64,000 nucleotides of DNA from Limnothrix sp. BL-A-16 (GTDB lineage Bacteria; Cyanobacteriota; Cyanobacteriia; CACIAM-69d). Positions 18,988 to 30,087 of this stretch are shown piece by piece (positions within the stretch are counted from its first letter, which is position 1; every line of letters starts with the position of its first letter). The stretch covers positions 3,008,001 through 3,072,000 of the forward strand of contig CP166615.1 of NCBI GenBank assembly GCA_041937175.2, given 5' to 3'. The notes beneath the pieces are model-generated. The model saw only the letters and a program-made list of their open reading frames with translations, was not told the origin of the DNA and ran no database searches. Both the position numbers and the translations under genes were made by a program.

Positions 18988-20166
18988 CTAAGACCAGCCA
19001 TCCTCAAAAATCTGTGCTTCCTCGTGGATATAGGACGGCTTTTCCCGGCGCGGCAACTGTCCCGACAGCACCAAATTCGCCATCGCATCGCAAATCACCC
19101 GCGTGGCCATCAGGGAAGTCATGTCGCTGATGTCGTAGGGCGGCGACACCTCCACCACCTCCAAGCCACAGATCGGCGCTTGGCGAATAATCCGCGACAG
19201 CAGATACAACGCCTCCCGAGGCAGCAACCCGCCCGGCTCCGGCCAGCCCGTCCCCGGCACGAACCCCGCATCAATGCAATCGATATCAAAGCTGATATAA
19301 ACGCAGTCGGTGCCGTCTAGGGCGCGTTCCAAGGCAAAATCCACCGCCGCATCCAAGCCAATTTCCGTGATATCCGTCACGGTCAAAATGTTGGTGGCCC
19401 GTTCTCGGCAAACCTTCACGCCTTGGCGCGGCACTTGCCAACCGCCAATGCCCAACTGCACCAGATTCTTGGCGGGCGCATTTTTGATGTTGGTGGCGTG
19501 GAACCAAGGGCAGGTGTGCATCCGCTCATCGAGGTCGGTTTCTTGGGTATCCACATGGCGATCGAAGTGGATAATACCCACTTTTTTGTCCCCCAAATGG
19601 CGACAAACACCCCGCACCGTGGGATAGCCGATCGAGTGGTCACCGCCCAAAATAATCGGGAACGCACCCGATGCAAAAATGTGGGCAATTCCCTTAGAAA
19701 TCTGGTCAAAAGACTTCTCATTATTCGCGGGAATTGTGAAAATATCCCCCACATCGCAGAGGGTAATTTGTTCCCGCAAATCAATGCCCAGCTCAAAGTT
19801 ATAGGGCGTGTACAGAGCCGAAATGCGCCGGATTCCTTGGGGGCCAAACCGCGTTCCAGGGCGGTAGGTTGTGCCGGAATCATGGGGCACACCCACAATA
19901 GCCACGTCGTAATTTCCCACCTGGTTCACATCTTCCAGGTAGGGCGCTTTCATGAAGGTATTAATCCCGGCATAGTGTGGCAGTTCTCCCCGGGAAAAGG
20001 TAGAAATCGTTCGATCTTTAATGCTGTCGGCGGCTTCCAATCCGAACCGCAGCGCCTGATCTACTTCCTGCTGCCAGCCGGTCATGGGCAGCCGAGCTTC
20101 TAAATCCAAGGCACGTTTGGCTTCGGATTCGCCACCCTGATAGTTGGGACGTTCAAAAATGCTCAT
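18988..20166 (-). CDS. gdmH: Guanidine hydrolase (Ni-dependent, arginase/agmatinase family)
   Basis: GGDHS, DRHVD, HTCPWF, DIDCIDAGFVPGTGWPEPGG. Follows a guanidine-I riboswitch and precedes hypA/hypB-like and ABC genes, as in Synechocystis sll1077-sll1082. Start moved to ATG 20166. Confidence 0.92.
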   Translation of the reverse strand: MSIFERPNYQGGESEAKRALDLEARLPMTGWQQEVDQALRFGLEAADSIKDRTISTFSRGELPHYAGINTFMKAPYLEDVNQVGNYDVAIVGVPHDSGTTYRPGTRFGPQGIRRISALYTPYNFELGIDLREQITLCDVGDIFTIPANNEKSFDQISKGIAHIFASGAFPIILGGDHSIGYPTVRGVCRHLGDKKVGIIHFDRHVDTQETDLDERMHTCPWFHATNIKNAPAKNLVQLGIGGWQVPRQGVKVCRERATNILTVTDITEIGLDAAVDFALERALDGTDCVYISFDIDCIDAGFVPGTGWPEPGGLLPREALYLLSRIIRQAPICGLEVVEVSPPYDISDMTSLMATRVICDAMANLVLSGQLPRREKPSYIHEEAQIFEDGWS

Positions 20167-20316
20167 CGATCGCGATGGGGGTTTGGGTTTGCAAATGACT
20201 ACGGAAATGGGGCCGAATCGATCGCTCCATTCGGCTGAGGTCACCTGCGCGAATTGCCCGAAAATCCGAACGACAAAGCCCGGTGGTTCCAGGCAATCCA
20301 CGCGATGTGCCTTTGA

Positions 20317-20495
20317 CCTCCCGGGCTTTTATCCCGCCGTGTAACTGATGCTCAAAGCTGGTTTTCAAGGCCAGAGAATTGGGGATAAATCCACTGGTCA
20401 TGCCACTGAGCCATCAGCTTGCTTCTCTCGGACCAGTCACAGCACTTTGGAATTCTTTTGGAATGACCTTGAAGCTGCCGGAACCCTAGAAGCCA
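20317..20495 (-). ncRNA. Guanidine-I (ykkC-yxkD) riboswitch
   Basis: Minus strand reads TCTAGGGTTCCG ... GGTCCGAGAGA ... ACACGGCGGGATAAAAGCCCGGGAGG, the conserved ykkC segments. Confidence 0.92.
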
Positions 20496-20521
20496 TGTAT
20501 GTTTAGCCTACCCTCAAACAT

Positions 20522-20563
20522 ACCCTAGGCAAAAGCTAACCCAAAAGTTGTATCCCCCACTAC
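20522..20563 (-). promoter_or_regulatory. NtcA-activated (class II) promoter of the guanidine operon
   Basis: Perfect GTA-N8-TAC at 20550-20563, then exactly 22 nt, then the -10 element TAGGGT (20527-20522, minus strand). Confidence 0.8.
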
Positions 20564-21188
20564 GGGATGCAAATTAACTAGCCCGATCGCAACTCAAAAC
20601 AGCAACTCAAAATGACAACAAAGGTTACAGGTCAATTAAGAATCATCTCGCTGCATCAAAAATCATGGCCCGCCACCCTACTCCTCAACGTCAAAATCCA
20701 TGTCAAATCCATCAGCTCTCATCCCGATCCATCAACTCACGGCCTGAAGCGATCGGCAATGAAGCCATTCCAATGAAGGTATTCTTGAGTACTTTCCCAA
20801 GGCGGCTTAGGCACGGCGCAGCTTAAGCACCGGTTAACCGATGAAAATTAATGAAAATTAGCGGGTTCGTGGAGCGGGTTCATGGAGTGGTCGATCGCCC
20901 GCTGTCTGGGTCAATTTCCGTCCCGATCGCCCCGTCATCAAACCTTTTTTAAGCCCTCCGTGGCCCCGCTCAGGCTCTCAAAGACTTCCCCATGCAGCAA
21001 TTCCACCGTCTGCTTGCTCCCATTCCCCTCTGGTGAGATAGTGTAGGGGCTAACTCGGGCGGTCGTAGTCTATCTGCCTACTGCGACGCGCGCTCTACAC
21101 CCCGGGATTTAGCTGTTTCTTGAGATCGCGGCGCGCGCCGATCGCTGTCCCCCACTCACCTTCTCCAGTCGAACGAGTTCGAGCAAGT

Positions 21189-23198
21189 ATGGCTGTCGCT
21201 ACCCAATCCCTCGACGAACTGTCTATTAATGCCATTCGCTTTTTGGCGATCGATGCCGTTCAGAAGGCGAACTCGGGTCACCCCGGTCTGCCGATGGGCG
21301 CGGCTCCCATGGCCTATGTGCTATGGAATCAGTTCCTCCGTTTCAATCCCAAGAATCCGAACTGGTTTAACCGTGATCGCTTCGTATTGTCGGCTGGCCA
21401 CGGCTGTATGTTGCAGTATGCGCTGCTACATCTGACGGGCTACGACAGCGTGACCATTGAAGACATCAAGAATTTCCGTCAGTGGGGATCGCGCACGCCC
21501 GGCCACCCCGAGAACTTTGAAACCCCCGGCGTGGAAGTTACCACGGGCCCTCTGGGTCAGGGGATTTGTAATGCTGTGGGCTTGGCCGCTGCGGAAGCCC
21601 ATTTGGCCGCCAAATTCAACAAGCCCGATGCCAAGATCGTCGATCACTACACCTACGTGATCCTGGGCGATGGCTGCAACATGGAAGGCGTGTCCGGTGA
21701 AGCTTGTTCCTTGGCTGGCCACTGGGGCTTGGGCAAGCTGATCGCACTGTACGACGACAACCACATTTCGATCGACGGTAACACGGATATTTCCTTTACC
21801 GAAGATGTCAGCAAGCGCTTTGAAGCTTACGGTTGGCACACGATCCACGTGACCAACGGCAACACGGATTTGGCCGCGATCGCGAAGGCGATCGAAGAAG
21901 CCAAGGCCGTGACCGACAAGCCGACCCTGATCAAGGTCACCACCACGATCGGCTACGGTTCGCCTAACAAGGCCAACACCGCTGGCGTGCACGGTGCGGC
22001 GTTGGGCCCCGATGAAGTGAAGCTGACCCGCGAAAGCCTGGGTTGGAGCTATGGCGAGTTTGAAGTGCCCGCCGAAGTGACCGAAGGCTGGACGAAGCAA
22101 GCGATCGAAACCGGTGCCAGCTTGGAAGCCGAGTGGAACAGCATCTTCGCCCAATACAAGACCCAGTACACCGCCGATGCCGCTGAATTTGAGCGGTTGC
22201 TGCGTGGTGAACTGCCCCAAGGTTGGGATGCGGATCTGCCCACCTACACCCCCGCTGACAAAGCGGTGGCAACCCGGAAGCATTCGGAAATTTGCCTGAA
22301 TGCGATCGCCCCCAAACTGCCCGAACTGATCGGCGGTTCGGCGGACTTGACCCACTCCAACTTGACTGAGCTGAAGTGCTCCGGCGACTTCCAAAAGGGT
22401 GCTTACGAAAACCGTAACGTCCGCTTTGGGGTGCGCGAGCACGGCATGGCCGCCATCTGCAACGGCATCGCCCTACACAACTCGGGTCTGATTCCCTACT
22501 GCGCCACTTTCCTGGTGTTCGCAGACTACATGCGCGGTGCAATGCGCCTGTCGGCCCTGGCAGAAGCCGGTGTGATCTACGTGTTGACCCACGATTCGAT
22601 CGCCCTGGGTGAAGATGGCCCGACCCACCAACCCGTGGAAACGATCGCCTCGTTGCGGATCATCCCCAACCTGTTGACCCTGCGCCCCGCCGACGGCACG
22701 GAAACCTCCGGTGCTTACAAGGTGGCCGTAGCCAACCGCAAGCGCCCCAGCGCCCTGGCCCTGACCCGCCAAAACCTGCCTAACTTGGCTGGTTCCAGCG
22801 CGGATAAGGTGGCCCAAGGTGCTTACGTGATCGTCGATTGCGAAGGCACGCCCGAACTGATCCTGATCGGTACCGGTTCGGAAGTCAGCCTCTGCGTCGC
22901 CGCTGCCGAGCAACTGACCGCTGCCAGCCACAAGGTGCGCGTGGTGTCGATGCCCTGCATGGAGCTGTTCGACGAGCAAAGCGCTGAATACAAGGAATCG
23001 GTGCTGCCCGCTGCTGTCACCAAGCGGTTGTCGGTGGAAGCTGGCACGACCTTCGGTTGGGCCCGCTACGTGGGTTCGGCCGGCGCTTCGATCGGGACGG
23101 ACACCTTCGGCGCTTCGGCTCCCGGCGGCGTGTTGATGGAGAAGTTCGGCTTCACCGTCGAGAACGTGTTGGATAAGGCTAAAGCCCTGCTCGGCTAA
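21189..23198 (+). CDS. tkt: Transketolase
   Basis: [27 protein letters not shown] motif, [16 protein letters not shown]. Start moved to ATG 21189. Confidence 0.97.
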   Translation: MAVATQSLDELSINAIRFLAIDAVQKANSGHPGLPMGAAPMAYVLWNQFLRFNPKNPNWFNRDRFVLSAGHGCMLQYALLHLTGYDSVTIEDIKNFRQWGSRTPGHPENFETPGVEVTTGPLGQGICNAVGLAAAEAHLAAKFNKPDAKIVDHYTYVILGDGCNMEGVSGEACSLAGHWGLGKLIALYDDNHISIDGNTDISFTEDVSKRFEAYGWHTIHVTNGNTDLAAIAKAIEEAKAVTDKPTLIKVTTTIGYGSPNKANTAGVHGAALGPDEVKLTRESLGWSYGEFEVPAEVTEGWTKQAIETGASLEAEWNSIFAQYKTQYTADAAEFERLLRGELPQGWDADLPTYTPADKAVATRKHSEICLNAIAPKLPELIGGSADLTHSNLTELKCSGDFQKGAYENRNVRFGVREHGMAAICNGIALHNSGLIPYCATFLVFADYMRGAMRLSALAEAGVIYVLTHDSIALGEDGPTHQPVETIASLRIIPNLLTLRPADGTETSGAYKVAVANRKRPSALALTRQNLPNLAGSSADKVAQGAYVIVDCEGTPELILIGTGSEVSLCVAAAEQLTAASHKVRVVSMPCMELFDEQSAEYKESVLPAAVTKRLSVEAGTTFGWARYVGSAGASIGTDTFGASAPGGVLMEKFGFTVENVLDKAKALLG

Positions 23199-23237
23199 TC
23201 CCCGCACCAACGCTCAGCTTGGATGTTCGGTTGCAGG

Positions 23238-23259
23238 GGGTCACGGCCCCTTGTGACCC
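23238..23259. terminator. Hairpin between convergent tkt and cbiX
   Basis: GGGTCAC-GGCCCCTT-GTGACCC inverted repeat. Confidence 0.4.
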
Positions 23260-23411
23260 GGCAAACCACTGAATCTCGTTCGACAATTTATTTTTGAACC
23301 AACAATCGGGTTAGTCCTTGTGGCTAGCCCGATTTTGTTTTTCGCGTTTTGGTCTTGTTTTTGGTTGCTTGGACTTTGTTCCTCGAGGAATTGGCTACCC
23401 AAGGAAAGCGT

Positions 23412-24200
23412 TCAGTCGTTGAGGTCGTCGAGCAACTGACTGGCCATGAGCCGAACCAAGGAGGCCGCCGGGCCGATCGGCTCCAGCCATTGCATATCCA
23501 CATCGGCGTGATCGCGCTGCCAGCTATATACCTGTTCAAATAAGGCATCGGTGAGACTACCGGCAAACAGGAAATAGGGAAAGATGCCGATCGCCCGGTG
23601 GCCCGCAGCCGCAAACTCCGTGAGCCGATCGAGCAGCGTTGGGGCGATCGACCAGTAAGCGAGCGTGATGCCCAACTGCTCCGCCAACTGCTCCACCAAC
23701 TGATTGCCCAGCGGGTTTCGGCTGCCATGGGTCACCAGCACCCAAGCCCGGCGCGGCAACTCCACCGCCACCTTGCGCCACTCCTCTGTCATGACCCGAT
23801 CCAACCCAGGCCATACACCCAGGGGGGGATAGAGCTGCCATCGATCGTCCCATTGGGGCCCCATGCTTTGGGTGGCCAGGGCCACTTCCTCGGGGACATC
23901 CACCGTGGCATGAACCCCCATCGACAAAAAGAGGGGAATAATTTCCACCCGCACCGCCCCAGCCGATCGCGCGCGTTGGGCGAACCCCACGAGCTGCTGA
24001 TGCAGCGGCGTGCTAGCTCCCTCCAACTGGGCAACGGCCACAATTGATCGCACGTTGGCCGCCGCCAGCATTGCCGAAAGCCGACTCGCCAACAACTCCA
24101 CCGCTTGACGGGGACGATGATCGCGACTGCCATGGGCCACTAACACCACAGCACGCAAAACCGGTCGCGAAGGATCGTTAATCGATCGGGGATAGCCCAT
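23412..24200 (-). CDS. cbiX: Sirohydrochlorin chelatase, CbiX/SirB family (two domains)
   Basis: Duplicated HGSR motifs (VLVAHGSRD, VLVTHGSRN), PLFLSMGVH, PYFLFAG. Confidence 0.8.
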   Translation of the reverse strand: MGYPRSINDPSRPVLRAVVLVAHGSRDHRPRQAVELLASRLSAMLAAANVRSIVAVAQLEGASTPLHQQLVGFAQRARSAGAVRVEIIPLFLSMGVHATVDVPEEVALATQSMGPQWDDRWQLYPPLGVWPGLDRVMTEEWRKVAVELPRRAWVLVTHGSRNPLGNQLVEQLAEQLGITLAYWSIAPTLLDRLTEFAAAGHRAIGIFPYFLFAGSLTDALFEQVYSWQRDHADVDMQWLEPIGPAASLVRLMASQLLDDLND

Positions 24201-24233
24201 GGAGTCTGTCGAAAACCGCTAAACGAAGCGTAA

Positions 24234-25697
24234 TTAGTCGGGGGCGATCTCCGGTCGTTTCACATGCCAATGAGTTGCTTGTTCATAGGCATGGGCCACT
24301 TCCAGCACCAAATCTTCCCGCAGCACATCGCCAATGATTTGCATCCCGATCGGCATTCCGTTGCGATCAAAACCACAGGGCAAGCTCAGGGCAGGCAAGC
24401 CGGCCAAGTTCACCGGAATCGTCATCAAATCCGACAGGTACATGGACACCGGATCATCAGTCTTTTCACCCGCCTTGAAGGCCGTGGTGGGGGCCGTGGG
24501 CGAAATCAGCACATCCACCCGCGCAAAGGCTCGCTCAAAGTCTTGCTTAATCAGGGTGCGCACCTTTTGGGCCCGCAGGTAATAGGCATCGTAGTAACCC
24601 GCCGACAGGGCATAGGTTCCGATCGCAATCCGCCGTTTAACTTCAGAGCCAAACCCTGCGGCGCGGGTTTTTTCATACATCTCGAGTAGGTTCTCGCCGG
24701 GGGCCCGGAAACCATACTTCACCCCGTCGTAACGCGCCAGGTTCGCTGAAGCTTCTGACGGCGCAATGATGTAGTAGGTTGGCAACCCGTAGCGGAATCG
24801 AGGGCAGGAGACCACCTCAATTTCAGCACCCAGCTCCTGAAGCACCTTCAGGGCATCTTCAACGGCCTTTTCCACTTCCGCGTCCAGGCCAGCACCGAAG
24901 GTTTCTTGAATCACCCCTACCTTTAGCTTGCTCTTGGGGCGGAAATCCGGAAGCAGACTCTTGGCATAGTTGGGAATCGGCACATTCAAACTGGTGGAAT
25001 CTTTGGGGTCATAACCCGCAATCGTCCCCAGAAGCAGGGCCGTATCTTCCACCGATCGCCCAAAGGGCCCCACCTGATCCAGCGAAGAGGCAAAGGCCAC
25101 CAGCCCATAGCGAGACACGAGGCCATAGGTGGGTTTCAGGCCAACCACGCCACAGAAGGCAGCGGGCTGACGGATAGAGCCACCGGTATCGGAACCGATC
25201 GAGACCAGGCACTGACCGGCCGCGACGGCCGCCGCCGACCCACCGGAGGAACCACCGGGCACGCGCTCCAAGTCCCAGGGGTTCGCCGTCACTTGGAAAG
25301 CAGAGTTTTCCGTGGAGCTGCCCATGGCAAACTCGTCCAGGTTGGTCTTGCCGACCATCACCGCTCCCGCATCGAAGAGCTTTTGGGTCACGGTGGATTC
25401 GTAGGGCGGCACAAAGTTATCCAACATTTTGGACGCGCAGGTGGTGCGAATGCCGCGCGTACACATGTTGTCTTTGATGGCGATCGGGATGCCAGCTAGG
25501 GGGCCGATCGACTCGCCCGCTGCAATTTTGGCATCCACACGCTGGGCTTGCTCCAGGGCCAAATCAGCCGTCAGGGTCAAGAAACTCTTCACCCGTGGCT
25601 CGGTTTGGGCAATGTGGTCAAGCGCTTCGCGGGCGATCTCGACGGCCGAGCGCTCTTTGCGAACGAGTTGTTGGTGTAGCTCGCGGATGGATGCCAT
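24234..25697 (-). CDS. gatA: Asp-tRNA(Asn)/Glu-tRNA(Gln) amidotransferase subunit A
   Basis: [54 protein letters not shown]. Confidence 0.97.
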   Translation of the reverse strand: MASIRELHQQLVRKERSAVEIAREALDHIAQTEPRVKSFLTLTADLALEQAQRVDAKIAAGESIGPLAGIPIAIKDNMCTRGIRTTCASKMLDNFVPPYESTVTQKLFDAGAVMVGKTNLDEFAMGSSTENSAFQVTANPWDLERVPGGSSGGSAAAVAAGQCLVSIGSDTGGSIRQPAAFCGVVGLKPTYGLVSRYGLVAFASSLDQVGPFGRSVEDTALLLGTIAGYDPKDSTSLNVPIPNYAKSLLPDFRPKSKLKVGVIQETFGAGLDAEVEKAVEDALKVLQELGAEIEVVSCPRFRYGLPTYYIIAPSEASANLARYDGVKYGFRAPGENLLEMYEKTRAAGFGSEVKRRIAIGTYALSAGYYDAYYLRAQKVRTLIKQDFERAFARVDVLISPTAPTTAFKAGEKTDDPVSMYLSDLMTIPVNLAGLPALSLPCGFDRNGMPIGMQIIGDVLREDLVLEVAHAYEQATHWHVKRPEIAPD

Positions 25698-26017
25698 TGG
25701 GAATGCTTCAGGATGCGTAGAAAGGCTGCAAAATTCTCAGGCTTTCGGATGGACTAGGCAAGCGGCACAGATCCCAATTGCATCAATTCGGGTCATCAAT
25801 TGCGCCATAAACCAGATCTGACGAGGACGTTAACAAGATCTGCTGGGCAACATTCTGACAATAATCGATGGAAAAAATAGGACGACTGCACAGATGGCCG
25901 TCTCTAGGATACCAAACCATTGTTGAACCCCCTGGCCCCAAAGGCGGTTCTGAGGGTGGTTTCTCCATTTCGGCCCCCGTGAGGTGGGCAACCAGGGATC
26001 GATCGCCCCCATCTTCC

Positions 26018-27322
26018 CTAGGGAGCCATGGGCAGATGCTGCACCCGCGACAGGGTTTGAGCGATCGCCCAGAGGCTATGGCAACTGGGTTCCTGTTCCG
26101 GGGGCGCTCCCTTGGCGGAAGGCTTGGGAGAAGGCAGGGCCGCCTGATAGGCCGTGCGCAGTTGCTGGAACACCGCCGCCCGATCGCGCGCCCCCGTGGC
26201 ATCCAGTCGCACAACCAGTTCTCCGCTGGCCCGCTGCTCAAAGGACTGCAAGCCCAACTGTAAATCGGGATTCACTGCACTCACGGACTGACAAGCACTC
26301 ACAAAAGCAGACCAATCAATTCCCTGGGGGAAAGTCCACTCGATCGCCATCAGCTCGTTGCGAACCGTTTGCTCAAACTCGCCGGGCATGAACGATCGGG
26401 TTCCTTCCGGCAGCCGATCGCCCCTCGTCAGGTACAGATAATCGCAAACCGCGTCACTGAGGGACGTTTCAGAATCAATTTCCCAGCCTTGGATGCAAGC
26501 CCCCGTCAGCACGGCTCCCATGAACCTGGCTCCCCTTGCTTCCACCTCCGTCAAATCCGCCGAAGACAGATTCGCCCGGGTGAAATCAGCCTTATTCAGC
26601 TTGGCTCCCGTTAGGGTCGCACTGGTCAGATTCGCGCCGGTTAACTGGGCACGCCACAGATCCGCCCCAATCAAAATGGCATCGGCAAAACTGCACTGGG
26701 CCAAAATGGCATCGCTAAAGTTGGCTTCCAGCAACTTTGATCGACTGAAATCCGTCCGACAAAGTACCGCATCCATAAAACTGGCGCGGCTGAGTTTGGC
26801 ATCGGCCAAGCTCGCTTCGCTGAGGTCAGCTCCGATAAATTCCGCTTCGATCGGCTTCGATCGCCGTAAATCAGCCTTGCGCAAATTGGTTTCCACCAAC
26901 TTGGCCCAGATCAAATCCGTATCGACCAAGATGGCTCCCTGCAAATTAGCCCGGGTCAGGTTTGCTTGGCCTAGGTCTGCCCCCGTTAGATTAGCCCCGG
27001 TTAAATCTGCCCCCGAGAGATCCGCTCGAATTAACTTGGCCTGGCTCAGGTTCACCCCCTTGAGATCCACACCGCGCAGATCAATGCCACTGAGGTCGGG
27101 TTTCGCCTCCGACTGACGAGAGCGCCAGTGGTTCCAAGCGTTCACCCCTTTTTCCAGATGCACCAGCTCAGAATTAGCCCAGCGCCACTCGCGCCTTGCG
27201 GTGGCGATCCGTTCAATCAGGGCAAGCCGTGGATTATCAGTCAAGGTGTCCTCCTCAGTCGGATCATCGTCGATGGCAGTTGCAAAGGGATGGTATCGGG
27301 GGATTTCAAAAGCCACATTCAA
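26018..27322 (-). CDS. Pentapeptide-repeat protein
   Basis: GVNAWNHWR lead-in followed by a long run of A(D/N)LxG-type repeats, then GACIQGW. Confidence 0.9.
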   Translation of the reverse strand: MNVAFEIPRYHPFATAIDDDPTEEDTLTDNPRLALIERIATARREWRWANSELVHLEKGVNAWNHWRSRQSEAKPDLSGIDLRGVDLKGVNLSQAKLIRADLSGADLTGANLTGADLGQANLTRANLQGAILVDTDLIWAKLVETNLRKADLRRSKPIEAEFIGADLSEASLADAKLSRASFMDAVLCRTDFSRSKLLEANFSDAILAQCSFADAILIGADLWRAQLTGANLTSATLTGAKLNKADFTRANLSSADLTEVEARGARFMGAVLTGACIQGWEIDSETSLSDAVCDYLYLTRGDRLPEGTRSFMPGEFEQTVRNELMAIEWTFPQGIDWSAFVSACQSVSAVNPDLQLGLQSFEQRASGELVVRLDATGARDRAAVFQQLRTAYQAALPSPKPSAKGAPPEQEPSCHSLWAIAQTLSRVQHLPMAP

Positions 27323-27670
27323 GGCGTGGATTCGATCGAGCGCGAACAGGAGAGAGTCTGGATGCTCGTCAGCCGTTCTAGCTGATCGTCACCGATTTTG
27401 GCGGATATTTACCGCTGGCCTTGAGGATCCTATCTTTGTTTTTACCCTTGCGCCCAGAGAGACCCCATGGCAAGGGTTTTGGGGCAAGTTCGAGCCTTCC
27501 GATGCTCCTTCTGTCTGTTGTACTTCAGTTCTGCAGTTGGTTGTTGGTGGGTCGGGCCCCTTCAACCCTCCGCACTGGGCTAGGAGATCTAGGCAAACTC
27601 AACCGATCGCACAGAGGTTGAACAGTAACTGAACAGATGAAGCAGCAATCGCTCAGGGCAGGAAATTGCA

Positions 27671-29029
27671 CTAAATCTGGCTGAGGCGGCGATAGACCAA
27701 TGCCAGCGCATTGGCATCGCCCACATTGCCCGGAAATAAAACCACGGGCAAGTTTGGAAATTGCGGATGATGGTCGGCGGTTTTGACGACGGAAACACCG
27801 GGCAAGATCTGGCCTAGCAGTCGGGCCGATCGCAGGGCTAAACCGTCGCTGAGGGTGTCATTGGAGGTAATGCCCCCTTTGCTGATGAGGTAACCAATAT
27901 CCTCCGGCAACCCCCGCTCGATCGCCATCAGCAGGGCTGAGACCGCTTGCCCAAATTCCAAGCGAATGTCCACCGTCTCAAAGGTCAACTCCTGGCGGCT
28001 GGTGTAGATCACAGGTGCTTTACCATCGGTGCGCACCCGCTGCACCTCTGCCAACACACGATCGCACAGGCTAGCGGCAATGGCAGCGCGATCGGGCCCT
28101 TGCAGTTCTGCCACGGGCACTTCAATGCCCACCACTCCCGGCTCCGCCAGCAATTGCTGAAGCTGTTCGGTGGTTTTGCGCACGTGGGAACCCACAATCG
28201 CCACCCCCGATCGCCCATCGCGGACATACTGGGCCATGGCTTCGGCGGCCACCGGCTGGGGCGGCAGGGCTGCCAAGGCCGTCAGAATGCTGGCGGCCGA
28301 TCGGAACAGGAATCGCTTGCCTTGACTGGCCTGAGACAACAGGGCTGCTGCAAATTGATTTAAATCTGCCTGCACTTCCCCATCCACCACGCAGCATTGA
28401 TTACCGGTTAGGGCTTGCAGTCGTTGCTCCAGGGTCAGTCGATCGCCGCGCAAATCGGCCAATTGAAACCGCTCCACCCGGTCGGCGGGAATTCGCCCCG
28501 CCGTTTTTTCCGCCACATAGTCCGGCAAGTAGCTGTAGCGATAACCAAACACCGAGTCGCGGGCAAACTCCGTTTCGTGGACGGGGGTATCCACGCCATT
28601 CACCTTCAGGTAATGCACACTGTCGCGGGTGACGCGCCCCCCTTCAAAAAAGGCCGGCACCAGAAAATGAGCATCAAAGGGCCCCAACTCCTCCGCGATC
28701 GCGTCGGTCTCCACGGGGTAGTGGCCACGCAGGGTTGAGTCCGATCGACTCACCACCAGCCAATCCGTCAGCCCCACTTGGGCGATCGCCTGCTTCAGAT
28801 TGCGACAAACCTCCCGCGTCACCGCGTCGGCCGCCTCCGCCGTCAAAGCCCGCGTGTTAGTCAGCACAAACACAATTGGCGATGCATCCTCCAACCCCAA
28901 ACAAAGGGTTTCCACGTCCCAGCACATCAGCAGCAAGCAACTATGAACCGTTTGGGAACCCGTTGGGTCATCGTCCAAAACAATAATTTTGGGCGTTTTG
29001 GTCTGGTCAGAGGGAGAGGCGCTAGACAT
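27671..29029 (-). CDS. Four-carbon acid sugar kinase family protein (DUF1537/YgbK-like)
   Basis: IIVLDDDPTGSQTV, SRSDSTLRGH, KGGITS, FPGNVG. Confidence 0.88.
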   Translation of the reverse strand: MSSASPSDQTKTPKIIVLDDDPTGSQTVHSCLLLMCWDVETLCLGLEDASPIVFVLTNTRALTAEAADAVTREVCRNLKQAIAQVGLTDWLVVSRSDSTLRGHYPVETDAIAEELGPFDAHFLVPAFFEGGRVTRDSVHYLKVNGVDTPVHETEFARDSVFGYRYSYLPDYVAEKTAGRIPADRVERFQLADLRGDRLTLEQRLQALTGNQCCVVDGEVQADLNQFAAALLSQASQGKRFLFRSAASILTALAALPPQPVAAEAMAQYVRDGRSGVAIVGSHVRKTTEQLQQLLAEPGVVGIEVPVAELQGPDRAAIAASLCDRVLAEVQRVRTDGKAPVIYTSRQELTFETVDIRLEFGQAVSALLMAIERGLPEDIGYLISKGGITSNDTLSDGLALRSARLLGQILPGVSVVKTADHHPQFPNLPVVLFPGNVGDANALALVYRRLSQI

Positions 29030-29160
29030 TGCGGTTCGCTCAGGGAAAATCGCAAGACAACCTTTCTATTTTGCCTGCAATAGTCCTGAAAATCACGCTT
29101 GGCAGCAAGATTATGCTAGAGTCTAAATTTTTGAGCTGGTGATTTAATTTTTAATGAATC

Positions 29161-29949
29161 TTATTCAATTAACCAATCTGATTGATTAGCAAACTCAGCT
29201 TGCCAAGTTTCTGGAAAATACTGCTTTAGGTAATTTTTGAGATCTTGGTTAGCTTCCAGAAATCGTGATTTAAGGCGCTCATAAATCACAGAGTTCGGAG
29301 TAGGATAATCACCGGCATTATATTTAGTAAATCCTGAAAATTCATGGGCTGGTAATCCTAAAAATTGCACAACTCGCGCCAGGGTTCCTTGGGGATGCTG
29401 GTAGAATTTTTCACTGTTCAGAATCAGCAGTTGATCAGATCCAAAGCGCGATCGCCAAGGTTCGAGCTGTTCGGCGTAGCGTCCCCGAGCCACATAGCTG
29501 TAATGCTGGTAGGCATAGCTTTGATAGGCTGGATCCGATCGAAAGCGATCGGCTTCGCCGGCCAAACGCTCCGATTCCGCATTCAAAGCCGCTTCCAAGT
29601 CCAAAGATTCAAACTGCCACCGCACTTCATGGTAGTAGTGAGACAAGGCGCGATCAACTGGATTTCGTAATAGAACAATAATTTTTAAGCTTGGATCAAA
29701 TTCCCAAGCCCGTTGAGCCACCAGAGGATGAAAAATATAGTAGGGACTGGCTTCACCAGTCATTTCATGAGGCTCTGAGTTAGCAGGAAACTGTTGCAGA
29801 TACCAATCAATTCCCTGGTTCCACTGCAAATCAAAGAAATGGACTTCTTTAGTTACTGCCGACTGAATTTGAGGATGTTGCAGTAAATATTGATAAAGAG
29901 AAGTGGTTCCTCCCTTTTGCACACCAATAATTAGAAAGCTAGGCTTCAT
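29161..29949 (-). CDS. Sulfotransferase (carbohydrate O-sulfotransferase-like)
   Basis: PAPS 5'-PSB motif IIGVQKGGTTSL, KEVHFFD, GEASPYY, 3'-PB motif LLRNPVDRALSHY. Confidence 0.9.
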   Translation of the reverse strand: MKPSFLIIGVQKGGTTSLYQYLLQHPQIQSAVTKEVHFFDLQWNQGIDWYLQQFPANSEPHEMTGEASPYYIFHPLVAQRAWEFDPSLKIIVLLRNPVDRALSHYYHEVRWQFESLDLEAALNAESERLAGEADRFRSDPAYQSYAYQHYSYVARGRYAEQLEPWRSRFGSDQLLILNSEKFYQHPQGTLARVVQFLGLPAHEFSGFTKYNAGDYPTPNSVIYERLKSRFLEANQDLKNYLKQYFPETWQAEFANQSDWLIE

Positions 29950-30087
29950 ACTCTAAACTAGTTTCTTGAAACTACTTGTGACTGAAATGATCGATGAATT
30001 AGAATTTTTTTGATTTAAATTTGGCAACCAGCTTTGAGTTGATGAATTGACTCATTAAAAGTTAATTGATCAAAAATCACCCCAAAA

